DNA from: Eledone cirrhosa | Lineage: Eukaryota | Length of the DNA: 64,000 nt | NCBI GenBank assembly: GCA_964016885.1 | Contig: OZ024740.1 | Span: 404,736,001 to 404,800,000, forward strand | Direction of reading: 5' to 3' | In this document: in pieces, positions 50,150 to 64,000 of the stretch | Layout of the letters: each line of letters starts with the position of its first letter | Position numbering within the stretch: the first letter of the stretch is position 1 | Notes under the pieces: model-generated | What the model saw: the letters and a program-made list of their open reading frames with translations, nothing else | What the model was told of the DNA's origin: nothing | Database searches by the model: none | Position numbers and translations under genes: made by a program

Positions 50150-50900
50150 CACCATTATTAATGCATCTGTTTTTCCATGCTTGCATGTCTTGTTGTGGTC
50201 ACTTGTCATCTCCTTTGGTGTGGTTCAGCTTTTAACAACCTTTGTTCATATCTTCTATAAGGCTCCTTCCACTTGGAACTTTTGGCACTTCTTTGCCCAA
50301 CTATCACCCTCCATATCTCCTGATTATAACTGATTCCTCTTATAACCAATTTTACTCTTAGCTTACTTGTGCGCAACCAATGGATCAAATACTATACATG
50401 TGTATCTAGTTGCTGTAGTTTACTGCAATTACTGACCATGCTTTACTTATAATCTATAGCAAATAGAATTTCAATTATATCACCTTAGTTTCATCATCAC
50501 GTTGATTTTTCCAGGCTTGAATGGGTTATGAGACAGGTCAAGTCAGGTGACCATGTTATGCTCATACAGATCTGTATTTTGGTTTGTTTTCTATGGCTAG
50601 ATGTCCTTCCTAACACTAATCACATTACAGTGTGGACTGCATGCTTTTTATTGTGGCACCAAAGCGACAATCTAACTGGGTACTTTTTTCTTGTCACTAA
50701 TACAACCACCTTACAGGATGGACCGGGTGCTTTTTGTTGTCGGGCACCAGATCACCATACAAGTTGAACTTCATGCTTTTTTTGTCATGGTAGCAACATT
50801 GTGGAAAATCAGATGTAGAGCATGTCCAGCTTTCATGCTTGTATGCATGAGTTGGGCAAGAGAGGGGTATCAGGGGTGAGGAGGGAAGGTTTGTGTGGGG
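50150..50900 (-). mobile_element. Degenerate RTE ORF-end and 3'UTR fragments
   Basis: TTTTCCATGCTTGCATG tails and GATGTCCTTCCTAACAC..CACATTACAGTGTGGACTG, as in the RTE 3'UTRs. Confidence 0.6.
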
Positions 50901-52271
50901 TGTAAGTAAGCTAGTTCCACACGGACAAGGTGAGTGGGATATTTAGCCAGGGAGGGCAGAGTATTAAGACTGGGAAGGAGTCTAGAGAAGATTGGTACAC
51001 ACAAGTCTGCTACATGTTTATTTCATCTTAGAAATGAATCCACTACTTCTAACAGCTAGTTGAATTAACAACTTTAATCTGACTACACATCATTTCATAC
51101 CCACTTTCTTCCTATTTGCATGCTGCAGCTGAATTTTGTAGCTCTAACAAGTACTTTTATTTTGGTTTGGATTTGTACTTTTTCAGGCTTTTTAACTCTG
51201 TCCCATTTCTAAAGTTCTGTGACAGATTTTTCACTGAGAAGCATACAGATCTACCCATGCACATCTATCATGAATTTCTATCTTCATAATTAATTTCTAT
51301 TAAATCCTGTTTTTGGTGTCTTTTTACATGGCTCAGTCAGTCTTAAAAAAGCTATTTATCATGTAGATTTTCATCACCTACTAGACTACAAAACAAATAA
51401 ATGTTTAAAATGCTTTCTCTAGATCAGCAGCACAGACATTTTAAGGCCATTTTCTCTGCTAGAACAAACTTTGTAGACCCAAGTATAGGCTTCATACTCA
51501 TCATGAGGCTCCTTTTGAGGAAATCCTGTTACCAACACTTTTAGTCACCTCTTAGAACACATGGACCAGGTCAACAAGTTCATTCCAGCCCATGCAAGTA
51601 TGGAAAAGCGGACGTAAAAATGATGATTTCTCTTGTTGTTTTTAATCAAAAATATAGCAAACATCCCATATTTTAGAAATTTGATTGCCTCCTATCGACA
51701 TTGTTTCCTTTCCTCCTATCCATGAGAGCCGTCTTTTAACTAAATACCATAAAACCCAGGACAGTATCCAACCCTCCATTACAGCACTTTTTGTTAATGG
51801 TGCTTGATAAAAGTAAAATAGTTATTTTAGTATCAAAATTATTTTTAAGATCTCTTGAGTGAAATATTGTCTCATAAAAACAATGATGATGATATTACTG
51901 AAAACCTGGAGAAATTTGATTTGTTATAAAACCAAATTTTCATTAGTTCCCAACATTTTATCATTTATTTTAAGGAAATAGTTAACTTCACTGAAGTATT
52001 TAGTTTCATTTTTCTTTGAAATTTCTTGAGTCATATTTATGTTCATAATGAAACAATTATATAATTTGGGCCTCCACTTTAATATTATTCAAAGGGCCAA
52101 GTTGTTTCAATTTGCTTATCTTGTAAATTAAAGCAATTTAATTTATAAAACATCAATATTTAATCCTATCAAGACTTTGGCTGGAAATGCAATTCTTTTT
52201 GTTGTCATTAATTATTAATTTATGCTTTGAAAAACAATTCGCTTTATTTAAATTATTTGTTTCAATTCTAG

Positions 52272-52318
52272 GTGGATATCTTTGGCAGCTTTAAAACTGG
52301 ATTGTACCTTCCAACCAG
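52272..52318 (+). CDS. TENT4A/B: TENT4A/B coding exon 3 (GS motif of the nucleotidyltransferase signature)
   Basis: Acceptor ttcaattctAG. Reads VDIFGSFKTGLYLPT(S). Donor AG|GTGAGA. 47 nt, ends phase 2. Confidence 0.96.
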
Positions 52319-52665
52319 GTGAGAATTTATCTTTTGTAAAAAAATTTAAAATTGGTATTTTATCTAGCTTTTACATTTGAATTGAGTGTAAAGATATATT
52401 TTTAGTTTTCATCTCATTTCTTAAATATTCTAGTTTCAAGTGAAATTGGTTTTGGATTCTGTACTATGCATAAGATCATAGATTCAATTCCTGCACCAGG
52501 TGGTACATTGTGTTCTTGAGCAAGATACTTAATTTCACATTGATTTTTGTGATAGGACTGGGCCATTTATCATTAAAATACCCAAGTTGTCTATTACATT
52601 TGGAGTGGAGATCAAGTTGTATATTAAGTTCCAAGCCAAGGAGGAAGAACAGAAAGCAGATGCAA

Positions 52666-52701
<36 letters not shown>

Positions 52702-52709
<8 letters not shown>

Positions 52710-52952
52710 TCCTTGAGCAAGACACTTTATTTCACATTGCTCCAGTTTACTCAGCTGTAGAAATTAGATGATAGGGACTGGGGTCCATATCATTCCACTG
52801 CAAAGTGGTTGTGGAGGTGCCACGGCAAAAAAGCACCCAGCACACACTGTAAATGAGGTTGGTGTTAGGAAGGGCATCCAGCTGTAGAAATCAAGCCAGA
52901 ATCAGTTCCCGTCCCACCCTTGCAAGCAGGGAAAAGCGAACGTAAAATGATG
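52702..52952 (+). mobile_element. 5'-truncated SINE of the 39526 family
   Basis: Nearly identical 3' part (AAGCACCCAGCAC.CACTGTAAATGAGGTTGG...GTCCCACCCTTGCAAGCAGGGAAAAGCG). Confidence 0.88.
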
Positions 52953-53030
52953 AAAAAAAAAAAATGAAAATGAGAGACAAGACTTCTAAACTAGAAGCTG
53001 GGTGATATGGTAATGTCCAAAAATAATAAT

Positions 53031-53217
53031 TGTTTCTACTTTTTGGCACAAGGCCAGCAATTATCCCAGTGTATTACTGGTACTTTATTTTATTGACCCC
53101 GTAAGGATGAAAGGCAAAGTTAACCTCGGCGGGATTTGAACTTGGTCCGTAAAGGGACGTATCTGTGCTGCAAAGCATGGCGTCCGACCCTCTACCGATA
53201 CTGCCAATCCACCTATC
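53031..53217 (-). mobile_element. Young Meta-domain-like SINE with 17-bp TSD
   Basis: TSD TGTCCAAAAATAATAAT at 53014-53030 and 53218-53234. Confidence 0.88.
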
Positions 53218-53539
53218 TGTCCAAAAATAATAATGATGATGGATACAAGATAATTAGAATTGCAAAGCAGTGTATGTGAAAAAACTAGTGTCATCATGTG
53301 AAGTACTCAAAATAAGACAACTTTTCTGTGACCTAGGAAAGATACTTGGGTGTGCCATTGAGAGACAGATAAATGAGGTAAGGAGTGGCTGGGTTATAGA
53401 ACTTGCAGTAGCAGTCAGATTGGGAATGGTGAAGTAAAGAAAATTAAGCAAATAAATGTAGGCAAACTTGGAGGATCCTAATTGGGTTAGTACCATATTA
53501 ATTACTCAAGATTGTTAGATTTCTACAGGATGTTACTAT

Positions 53540-53720
53540 CCCCAATAAATTATTATAGAATTATTGCAAAGATAATATAGGATAATGTAAACCTGGATAA
53601 CATACAGTTTGGATTTGTGCCAGAATGTAACAACTGTAAATGTTATATTTCTGGTAAAACTCCTGCTTAAAACAGAAGGCTTAGCTCTGAACAAAGAGCA
53701 ATCTGTATGATGTATACACA
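53540..53720 (+). mobile_element. Degenerate RTE RT fragment
   Basis: RIIAKII*DNVNLDNIQFGFVP (QFGF motif). Confidence 0.55.
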
Positions 53721-54007
53721 AGGGGTGTGATATTACCTGGATGCCAAACCTGTAGAGGATTCAAAGTAACTGGATAGGAAAAATACTGTTAATATCAAAC
53801 TGCCTGGAACAGCCCCTGGTTCCACAATACAAAACTTTTATCTAAAAATCTAATCATAATTTTATGTAAGAATCTTTGTGTTGCAAGCACAAGATAAATG
53901 AGAAAATTAGTTATATTACAAAAAAGTGTTTATATTTATCTAAAAAAAAATCTTCCATCATAATTTGGTTATAGTGAAAAGTTGGAATTAATTTATTTTT
54001 CACAAAT

Positions 54008-54216
54008 TTAGTCCTTTTGATACTAAACTGCCTTGTTCTATGATATTGAACTGTATATTTTGAAATGTTTATATTTATCTAAAACCCTTTCATCATAATT
54101 CTGTGTAAGAACCTTTGTTCCAAATCCCAGCTATATTTCTAAATCCCTCCAAATTGAATATTTTCAAGATTTCAAAGTTATAGCAGTCATTAGAAATATA
54201 GTAACAAAAGGGTTAA
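54008..54216 (+). mobile_element. piggyBac-like MITE (TTAA-CCCTTT...AAAGGG-TTAA family)
   Basis: Ends in GTAACAAAAGGGTTAA. Related copies at 10839 (TTAACCCTTTTAATACC), ~44700-44892 and 61199-61416 (-). Confidence 0.55.
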
Positions 54217-56376
54217 TGTTTTCCTTTAGTTGAACATTTCATTTTTATTCAATACTCATTCTTAATATTTATGATAAGGACCATTTTGATTATATTCCAA
54301 AGCACATTTTGATTAGTTTTAATTACTATAACAATGACCTTTTTCATTTAGAGCTTCAACATAATTCAAACTTTAATCATACTAAAATTATATTACCATG
54401 TTTTCATTATCTGATATTTTATTTAATACTTAGTTGAAACATAACTTAACAAAGATTCTTACATAGAATTATAATGGAAGTTTTTAAACTTTAAAGCACA
54501 CAGCTTAGTATCATAAAACCATAATCAGTTTCAGGTGATTTGATATCAAAAGTGTAATTGACTGTCCAGTGAGAGAGCCTTCCTTTTATGATGTTGGTAT
54601 TCTCAGCACAGGCTCTTGCAATATTTTTTTTTATTTTTTTATGAATGTTGACTGAATTCAGAGGTTGATAGTCCTTTGGCAGGCTTTTATCTTTTTTTGA
54701 TAAATAACCTCCCTCAATAGTGTTGTAACATCTGCTTGTGACTGCATATTATCACATTGCTTTTGAATCTCTTCCTAATTTAGTATGTAGTATAAAAAGC
54801 ATTCACAACACTCATTGATTATATATTTAGATGTCTTTTGTTCACTATTCAGGAAGAGGTTTTATTTTATATAATAGGTCAGTGTTCTTCCCTATTACTG
54901 TACTGTTAATATTCCATCCATACAAACACTGACACAACTTAAAAATTCACATTCTGGTCATCATACTGGAAATAAAGGTGCTCATCCGTGTTCATGTAGC
55001 TGGTAATTCTGTGCAGCTTCCTACTCATATCTATTACAAAACATGTTTGAATTTTATCTACGTATGTGCAAGACCATAGCATGTCTTCTTTTTCTCTCTG
55101 TTTATTTCAGAGTAACGATTTGATTTTGCAATTATTGTCTCGATTTTTTTTTAATACAAACAATTGGTTTTGAATCTTCTGGAAGACTGAAATTCAGTCA
55201 AACTGGTTGTAACCGACAGCTCACACAGACATTAAGATATCATTCTCAAAATATCATAGATTTGAGATTGTGAGATGAAGCCTTTACCATGAATATACAA
55301 TAGTAAATATAATGTAAATGCTAAAGGGTTAACGATGCCAAGCAACTTAATTCGCACACATGCACACATAAAGAAAATGTAAAGCATGTTCAGAAAAACT
55401 TGGGATTTATAAATTAGAACAATGAAAAAGTAAAATCTCAAATAGTTTGATATGGTATTTCATAAGCAGGGAAAGATTTTATGCTCACCCTTATGTGCAA
55501 ATAAATCATACAAACCCAGGGATCATAAAGTAAATATCTGGACAGCTACTAAATGTTGAACATTTAAAATATCTTATTGCACGAATAGCTAACCCATAAA
55601 AAAGATATCAGCTAAAGAAAGGCGATGGTAAAAGTGCAAGTCACCTCTGATGATGAGTAATAAATATCAGTCTCTGTTTAGCAATGGTTGAATGTCTTGT
55701 TATATGGTTGAGAAACATAGACAGTCACACAGAAGCTTCAAAACCAATATATTATCACTGAAAACTGCCCTTTTAACACGTCAGATGGATTACAATATTC
55801 ATTTTTACAAATACTTTCACTATTCCTTGACGATTAGAACCAGTTTTAACAGAACATCACTTTAATTAAGTATATCTGATTTTTGCCAACAAACCACATG
55901 TAGACATGAATGAAAAAAATAAACCACTAAATCCCTTAGGGATCACAGTAAGTTCTTCCCAAATTCTATAAACAGCAATATACACAGATTTATATATAGA
56001 TACATACCACACATGCATATACACGCAAAGTGAAAAGAAATCTCACTATTTTGTGTGAGACACTATACCGACCAATCTTAGGTACATTATAAAACAATTC
56101 TGAACATTGACTTCATTTCTAACCCACATATACCTTTTAATTATATATACACACAATACATAGGAAAACAGAAAAAAAAAAAATGTTATTTATCTTGTTA
56201 ACAAGTGTGCTAAACTTATACAGCATATCTATTTGTTTACATTTTGTTCTACTGTATGGATGGACAGACAGAACAAAATTGCTATGGTGACATCTATGGA
56301 TGAAGTGTGATAAAACTGTCGATGTTCCAAAATAGAACATTGCCCAGAAAATCACGGCTGTCATCTATATATAGAA

Positions 56377-57275
56377 CTAGAGAACTCCCTCCGGAATCGA
56401 TGGGTTGAATGTGGTAAATCTCGTGTTTCTGTTTGCCTTCAATGTGCCACAAACTTTCCAAAGATCCCAGGTCATAAAAAGAGACACCATATTTCTATGA
56501 TGGATGGACTCTGGGAAATGGTCCAGCTACCAAATTGGTCCTTTCAGTGCCTGGCCTGTATGTCTGCCTCTACCATTGCTGTTAAAGAACATCATCAACA
56601 ATAGCAACCCATGTCTTCCTCTCCCGTTACTTCTCAACTACAACAACCGATGACTGTGTCTTCCCCTACCATTCCTGTTGAAGAACAGCAAAAATCGACC
56701 ATCAATACAGAGTTTGCAGAAATACAACATTTCTGCTTTAAGCTGAGAAATAGCAGGAATCAAATCAAGCGTTCGTGTAGAACCTCACAATGAGGGATCT
56801 TACCGGAGTGCCTTGCTAAAAAGTCTCCCTGTAGTTCTTGCTCTTGCCGAATCTAGACTCTAGACGCATTGAGAAAGCCACTGAATCTGTAACCCATGAA
56901 GTAATTGCCATTGATGTATCATAGGACATAGCTAATCTTCAGGCATTTGCTGCCAGCTCATCCAAAGACCTAGGCTGTGCTCCCCTAAAGGGTGCTCTCC
57001 GCCTTGGCCGACCAGGTCCGAAACCCAGACTAATTAGACTTTTTCAAACTCTACTGAGGCATGTTCATACCTTTTAGCCTCTGATAAGGCTAGGCATGAA
57101 AATTGGATTACCTTCTGAACACGCCCTGGCTTACCACCTGATGTACGTCCAAAGCCACATGCTGCAGCTTCCTTAAATCGCAACTCAGCACAACATGAAA
57201 GTTTCAGCCTACGTGATGGGCAGATATGGAAGCTTATTAGGGCTGGTGAAACATGGAAAAGAGATACCAGCTAAA
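56377..57275 (+). mobile_element. Degenerate LINE ORF1 (CR1/L2-type: PHD-like finger, coiled region, RRM-like C-terminus)
   Basis: RWVECGKSRVSVCLQC...W...PNWSFQCLAC; INTEFAEIQ; LRLGRPGPKPRLIRLF; RPGLPPDVR. Contains stops and frameshifts. Confidence 0.6.
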
Positions 57276-57417
57276 CACACTGTACCCACAATTGCTGGCA
57301 AACCTGGAAAATGTTGAAGTGATATTTAAAATAAAAATTCCATTTCATTTTGTTTCTAGAATAATTTTGTTCTTTCTTTCTATATCTCTGAGTAGCTACC
57401 ATTATTGGAAGTTGAAA

Positions 57418-57591
57418 GGGCAGTATTGGTAGAGGGTCGGACGCCATGCTTTCCAGAATAGTTATGTCCCTTTACGGTCTGAGTTCAAATCCCGTTGAGG
57501 TTAACTTTGCCTTTCATCCTTACGGGGTCAATAAAATAATGTACCAGTAATGCACTGGGTAATTGCTGGCCTTGTGCCAAATGTAGAAACA
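57418..57591 (+). mobile_element. Young Meta-domain-like SINE with 17-bp TSD
   Basis: TSD ATTATTGGAAGTTGAAA at 57401-57417 and 57592-57608. B-box GAGTTCAAATCC. Confidence 0.88.
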
Positions 57592-58759
57592 ATTATTGGA
57601 AGTTGAAATATCTTACCCTTCATACAACACATGGTTGTGTCCATTTTTCTTTCGTTACTGATTCTTCTTTCAAAAATCCTTCTAATTTTTAATCCTTATT
57701 ACTGAATGTGAAGCTAGTATCCATTTGTTTCAAGTTTAAAAAAAAAAAAAAAAATAACAGTAATAATGTGGTAAAGTATCCCAAATAATCAGAACTTAAA
57801 TTTCAAGTTATAAAATGTCACTGTATTGAGTGTTTAAACGTAGTGAAGAAATGTGTTATCTCAAACATTAGTAAGATTTGTCACTATTCTCATCTAGATA
57901 TGAATAGGTAATTATAAGTGAGTTGGTACGGCTATCTATCTAAAGCCATATCAGGTAAGCTTAACATCTTAAGGTTCCTCTATCTAAATTTGTGTACAGT
58001 TGTTGACATTTTGTATTTTGCTGAAACAAAAAATGTCAAAAGCCTGCCATAAGCAGAAGTAAAATGTTTGTTTGTTGCTAACCCCTCAAATTAGATTCCA
58101 ACAAAATCTCAAAAAAAGAAAAAAAACACACACATAGCAGACATGTTTCAACCACAAATATTCATTGAATATTTGGTATAGTGCACAATATTTCTCATCT
58201 AAATCTTATGGAAAGCAGGCCTTCAATCTGAACTCTTATTTGACATATTTCACCCAGTCGGTGTATGGCAATGCAAGGCATTTTATTGGCAATGCTAAGT
58301 AATTTATATAAAGCAGTCACATTGAATTCCTACATTGGTATCACAGCATTTTATAGTTGCATGGCAGTTCACCTGGTTTGTTGCTTTCAACATATTTTAA
58401 ACAGAACAAAAAATAAAATTGTAGAACAGCTGTAAATAATTACCTGACCTAAACTCCACAGTATTAATTTGAGATTGACTGGGAAAGGAAAACCATACAA
58501 AAAAAAAATGCTCATTTCATCTGGAAACCATTTTGTTGTTGGACACGCCAACATACCTTATCAAAAGAATGCTAAAAGTGTGCAATATCTTTTTACTGAA
58601 TCAGTGTTCTTCCTTACATATAAATTCACTCTGACTCCAAAGAATAAAGAAAAGTACTTTAGGCGTGTCCAAAGTTTCAATAATTAACTGTGATGTATAC
58701 TTTGGTGTGTGTGTGTGGGCTTGTATGTTTTTTTGAAGTGTATATTAGAATAAATTTAA

Positions 58760-59020
<261 letters not shown>

Positions 59021-60746
59021 TGATCTAAGGAGGCTGAACTGCACAAAAGAAATAAAGACTGATGAGTGTCAAAATGTGTTAGAGAATATCTGCAAACATG
59101 GCACAAGAGACGTTGTGATGGATATTGAGATTTATAATATCTACATTTCAGTTTTTACTCTCCATTATGCCCATTTTAAGCTTCCATCTATTGCTCTTCT
59201 TCATCTATCACTCATTATCTCTATCTCTCCATTTCTCTGCCATCATATTGCCTACATAACAAAGGATGGTGTTTATGTCCACATATTTAATCCTTCTTTT
59301 CACCTTTTTATTTATTTTATATATATATATCATCATTTTATTTCATTTTACGTCTGCTTTTCCCTGCTTGCAAGGGTGGGACAATATATATATATATTGC
59401 TAGCCATCACACTACTCTCTCTTTCATTACTATCTCTTCCCCTATTACACCACATATTCTGGTTTTATATTCAACATCCAGCATGTAGCTGTCTACCTTT
59501 ATTTCTCTTCTATCATTCTCTTTCTCCTGTTTCTCTTTTTCATCACTCTGTCTTCCATCACTCTGTCTTCCATTCACCCCCTCAGTCAGGTTGCCTTCAT
59601 TGAACAGTAATGATGTGGAGTAGAAAGAACTCTTAGGACAAGACAACCTATCTAGTTCTGCTACCATGATAACATGCACTAAGTATGCTTTGTAAATTAG
59701 AAAGGATATTTGGTCAAAGAAACTTTGCCAAATGTGGAATGTGTAAATGAGACATTGTGGTAAATAAAAGCTTACTCAGATTATGATGACCTATCTAACC
59801 CATATCATGGAAAAGCACATGTAAAATGTTGATAATGACATGTTTTTATGTGACCTTTTTTTTAATTTTTCTTTTGTAAATTTACATTAACTTGAATACT
59901 GTTGAAAGAAAAACTTAATATTTCTGTTTCCATTGTGTATCTTGATCTTAAGATGATTGATAGATCATAGGACAAAATGCCTTATGATATTTTTCTGGCT
60001 CTCTGTACTCGGAGTTCAAATCTTGCTACAGTTAACTTTATCATCCCAAAATAAAGTACTGGTCCAGAGAAATGGATTAGGATTGTTAGATTATCAGAGG
60101 AGATGCCTTGAGTATTTGTTTTGGCTCTGCATTCTGAGTTCAAATCCTGCTTTGGCCTACTTGGATATTTAATTTAATCTGTCACCCAGTTGACTTTAGC
60201 AGAGTCCACTCTGTTTCAAACAATCAGGCCAAGACTCCAGTTTGAGGATACTGTTTGTCTTCTCGTCAACCTTGGAAGCCCTGAAAAGGGTCATGGCCAC
60301 TGCTCTTCTCTTCCTAACCAACATAAAAATATAATTATCTGAAGATATTTTTCTATTATATTTTATATTCAGTTAAGTGCATAAGGGTACACAGCAAGAT
60401 TCATTCCTTCCATTATAAAACAAATACATTAATTTGATATCTTTGAATGCTTAACTTTGAAATAAGTATTTATTGCAGTCATGGGGAGTTTAATCTTAAA
60501 TCTTTAATATTTTGCTTCTGAAATTAAAAAGATTTAAAAAATAAAATAAATAAATTACTGAAAATAGATGGAATCTATAGTTTTTCAGAAATTCCCACAT
60601 TTAATTTGGAATTCACGAATCTTATTCAGTGGGGTTGCTTTTTATTTAATTTTAGTTAATAATTTTTGTCTGTTATAATTTCTGTACCTTATACCTGCTT
60701 GATTTTTTTAAAGAAATAATGCTTAATGTATATGCATTTACTTTAG

Positions 60747-60893
<147 letters not shown>

Positions 60894-61198
60894 TAGTTAC
60901 CTGTTGAATTTGTTCTAGGATTCTAATGGTAGTTGAACTTCTCCACTAAGCAATCGACCCCCCCCCCCCCATGTACCCCTATTTTTTTGCTTCTATATCT
61001 ATTTCTGGCTCAATTTCTGAGACATACTAACATGTAAAATTACTTAGTTTAATGCTCTCAGTATAAATATTGCTAAACATTTCTTTGATTTATGAATAAA
61101 AATTTCCTGATAAATCATGTTATAAGATATTTAATATAATATGAATAATGTTAAATTTATATTTACTTGCTGAATTTTGCCACTTAATAGCTAAATTA

Positions 61199-61416
61199 TT
61201 AACTCTTTCATTACCATATTTCCAATAAAAGACACTGCCTATGTATTTCAAATAATTTTGAAAATAATTTCGGGAGGATTTAGTGATTGATATAACTTTC
61301 TTATTAAACTGGTATTTGGAGCATAGCTTAACAAAGTTAGATAAATTACAAACTCTTTGTACATAGAACTAGGGAGGCAAATTTAGGTGGTTTGTTGTCC
61401 AAATTATTAAGGGTAA
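61199..61416 (-). mobile_element. piggyBac-like MITE (degenerate)
   Basis: TTAACTCTTTCATTACCATATTTC...AAGGGTAA, the reverse of the 54008 family. Confidence 0.5.
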
Positions 61417-62215
61417 AAATCTTAAAACAAATTTCTACATCTAGTTTTCCATGTGCAATTCTCTCAATCCTATAAATTGCTGAAAATGTATTGTCAATTG
61501 TCCAAAACTATAATCTAACTTCTAAATATTATATTAGCTTTCCTGTGAATCCTTTAAGGTTGAGTAAGCAACAATACTCAATTTAAAAGATCACTAGACA
61601 CAAGTTTTTAAAGAAATTATGATTTCAGAAATGACAAAATTATTTGAAAGTTATAGAAGAAAACCAGACCATATAAGATGAATATATTGTTCTATAGGAA
61701 TTTTATCTTGAACTTTCATTCAAAACAAAATCTCTTTGTTGCCATAAATCGAAATGTGCTTAACAATTGAATCTTAGACTTCTAATAGTATTTCTTTTGT
61801 TAGTGAACCCATTACAGTAAAGAAATATTTTCGGTAAAATCATTTCAAAATGAATGAACTTTTGACTGCTTTGTACATAGTTATAATTTGAACTTCAGAT
61901 AGTTTCACCAATATAATACTGGAACAGTATAGTATGGGACTACAGAAGTGTAAAACAATCCAGAGGGAAAATGACAAGAGTAATATAGTGAAATTTTCAG
62001 AAAGCTGAAAGAAACTTTGGAAATTGTAGCTCTGAGTTTTGTTTTACTGTGCAACTAATTGCAGTTTTCAAGTTTTCATTCTTACATTCACTGTCTTTTA
62101 ATTCATCTATTAGTTGTTTAATATAAGTAAATGTAATTATTCATGAAACATATTACAGGTAAATTTTTTATTGGTTTTGGAGTAAAATTTCTAAAAGCCT
62201 TCTTTTATCTTGTAG

Positions 62216-62365
<150 letters not shown>

Positions 62366-63153
62366 TAAATTGTTTTGATATTTGTCATAAATATTCATTA
62401 ATTTCAGTTATTATAAAAGACTAGATTTATTGATGTAATGGACCTCTGTTGGTTTTGACAAGTGTTCCAGTTGTTAATTAATCTAATGTGTAAGTGGTTT
62501 AGCATTCCGCAGACATGTATACTTATAACTTAATTCTTGGGGAGATTCTGTGTAAGTGTGTGACAAAGCTCCCGTTTTGAATTACAAGTATAGTCTATTT
62601 GACAGGCTTTCAATTTCCATCTACACAATTTCACTTACAGGACATGGGCTAACTTGAAGCTATGATAAATGGCACTTGCCCAAGGATCGAACCTGGGACC
62701 TAATGATTGTAAAGCAAACTTCCTAACCATTCCAACATGTAGTCCTAGAATGTTTTTTCTAGTGCTAGTGTATTTTATTTAGAAATCTTTGAAGAATTCC
62801 AAATTTTTTATTGGTTCTTTGTGACCTAGTGTTTAATACCATTAATGATGTACAATTATAACTTATAAATGGCATATCAGTTTTATGGATTGGCTCTAAT
62901 GCGAAGCTTATATATATGCATGTAAATGTCTACTTGACTGCCTGATCATATACATTTTGAAGAAAATTTAATGAAATGCTTTATTGTATTGTTTTTATTT
63001 AGCCTAATTTTTATCAGTAGCTCCAGAGAAATAGTGTAAAATTCAAATATTACAGATTTTTTGTTGGTGCTATACAATGAGTCTAAGATTCCAGTAATCA
63101 GTCAATTGACTAGTTAACACTTAAATTTAAACTAGTTCATTTTACTTTTGTGA

Positions 63154-63738
<585 letters not shown>

Positions 63739-64000
63739 TAACTGTCTTTTTTGCCTTTTATTTGTCTTCAGTTTATCTATTTGTTTGTCTGCGTTTGCCT
63801 GTCCATTGTTCCTGCTTACATGTCTATGTGTATCTTAATGTTCATTCCTTTAAGAAATCAGTAATAAATATAGAAATAGAAACTTACTTTCATGTTTTGA
63901 AAAATGCCTTCATGAGATACCTTCAATGTTACCACTTATGTTCTGAGATACAATTATTCTTGATTTTAAAGATTCTTTCCCTCCAAAATCTTGTTTTTTT

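Overview
AT-rich, repeat-dense animal genomic DNA. The SINE/LINE repertoire looks like a coleoid cephalopod (octopod); this is inferred from repeat families I recognise. The only supportable host gene is a + strand TENT4A/B (PAPD5/PAPD7, Trf4-family) non-canonical poly(A) polymerase. Seven coding exons (13743-14110, 49889-50012, 52272-52318, 58780-58900, 60747-60842, 62216-62356, 63349-63562) join in frame through GT-AG introns. Intron 1 is 35.8 kb and the gene runs off the right edge. The rest is retroelement and satellite DNA: RTE LINEs (several families, including a Rex3/Expander-like copy), CRE-, R4/Dong-, CR1- and Penelope-like remnants, an isolated PHD-type LINE ORF1, at least three tRNA-derived SINE families, MITEs, a 59-bp minisatellite, and a ~5.4 kb CAATTACATG(TA)n satellite complex carrying four RTE insertions. 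I found no convincing novel protein system. The best leads are the satellite/RTE complex with its long inverted repeat, a SINE-LINE partner pair, an ATTAT target-site rule for one SINE family, hammerhead-like Penelope remnants, and a CAG|GT site just before the start codon that could give a short isoform.
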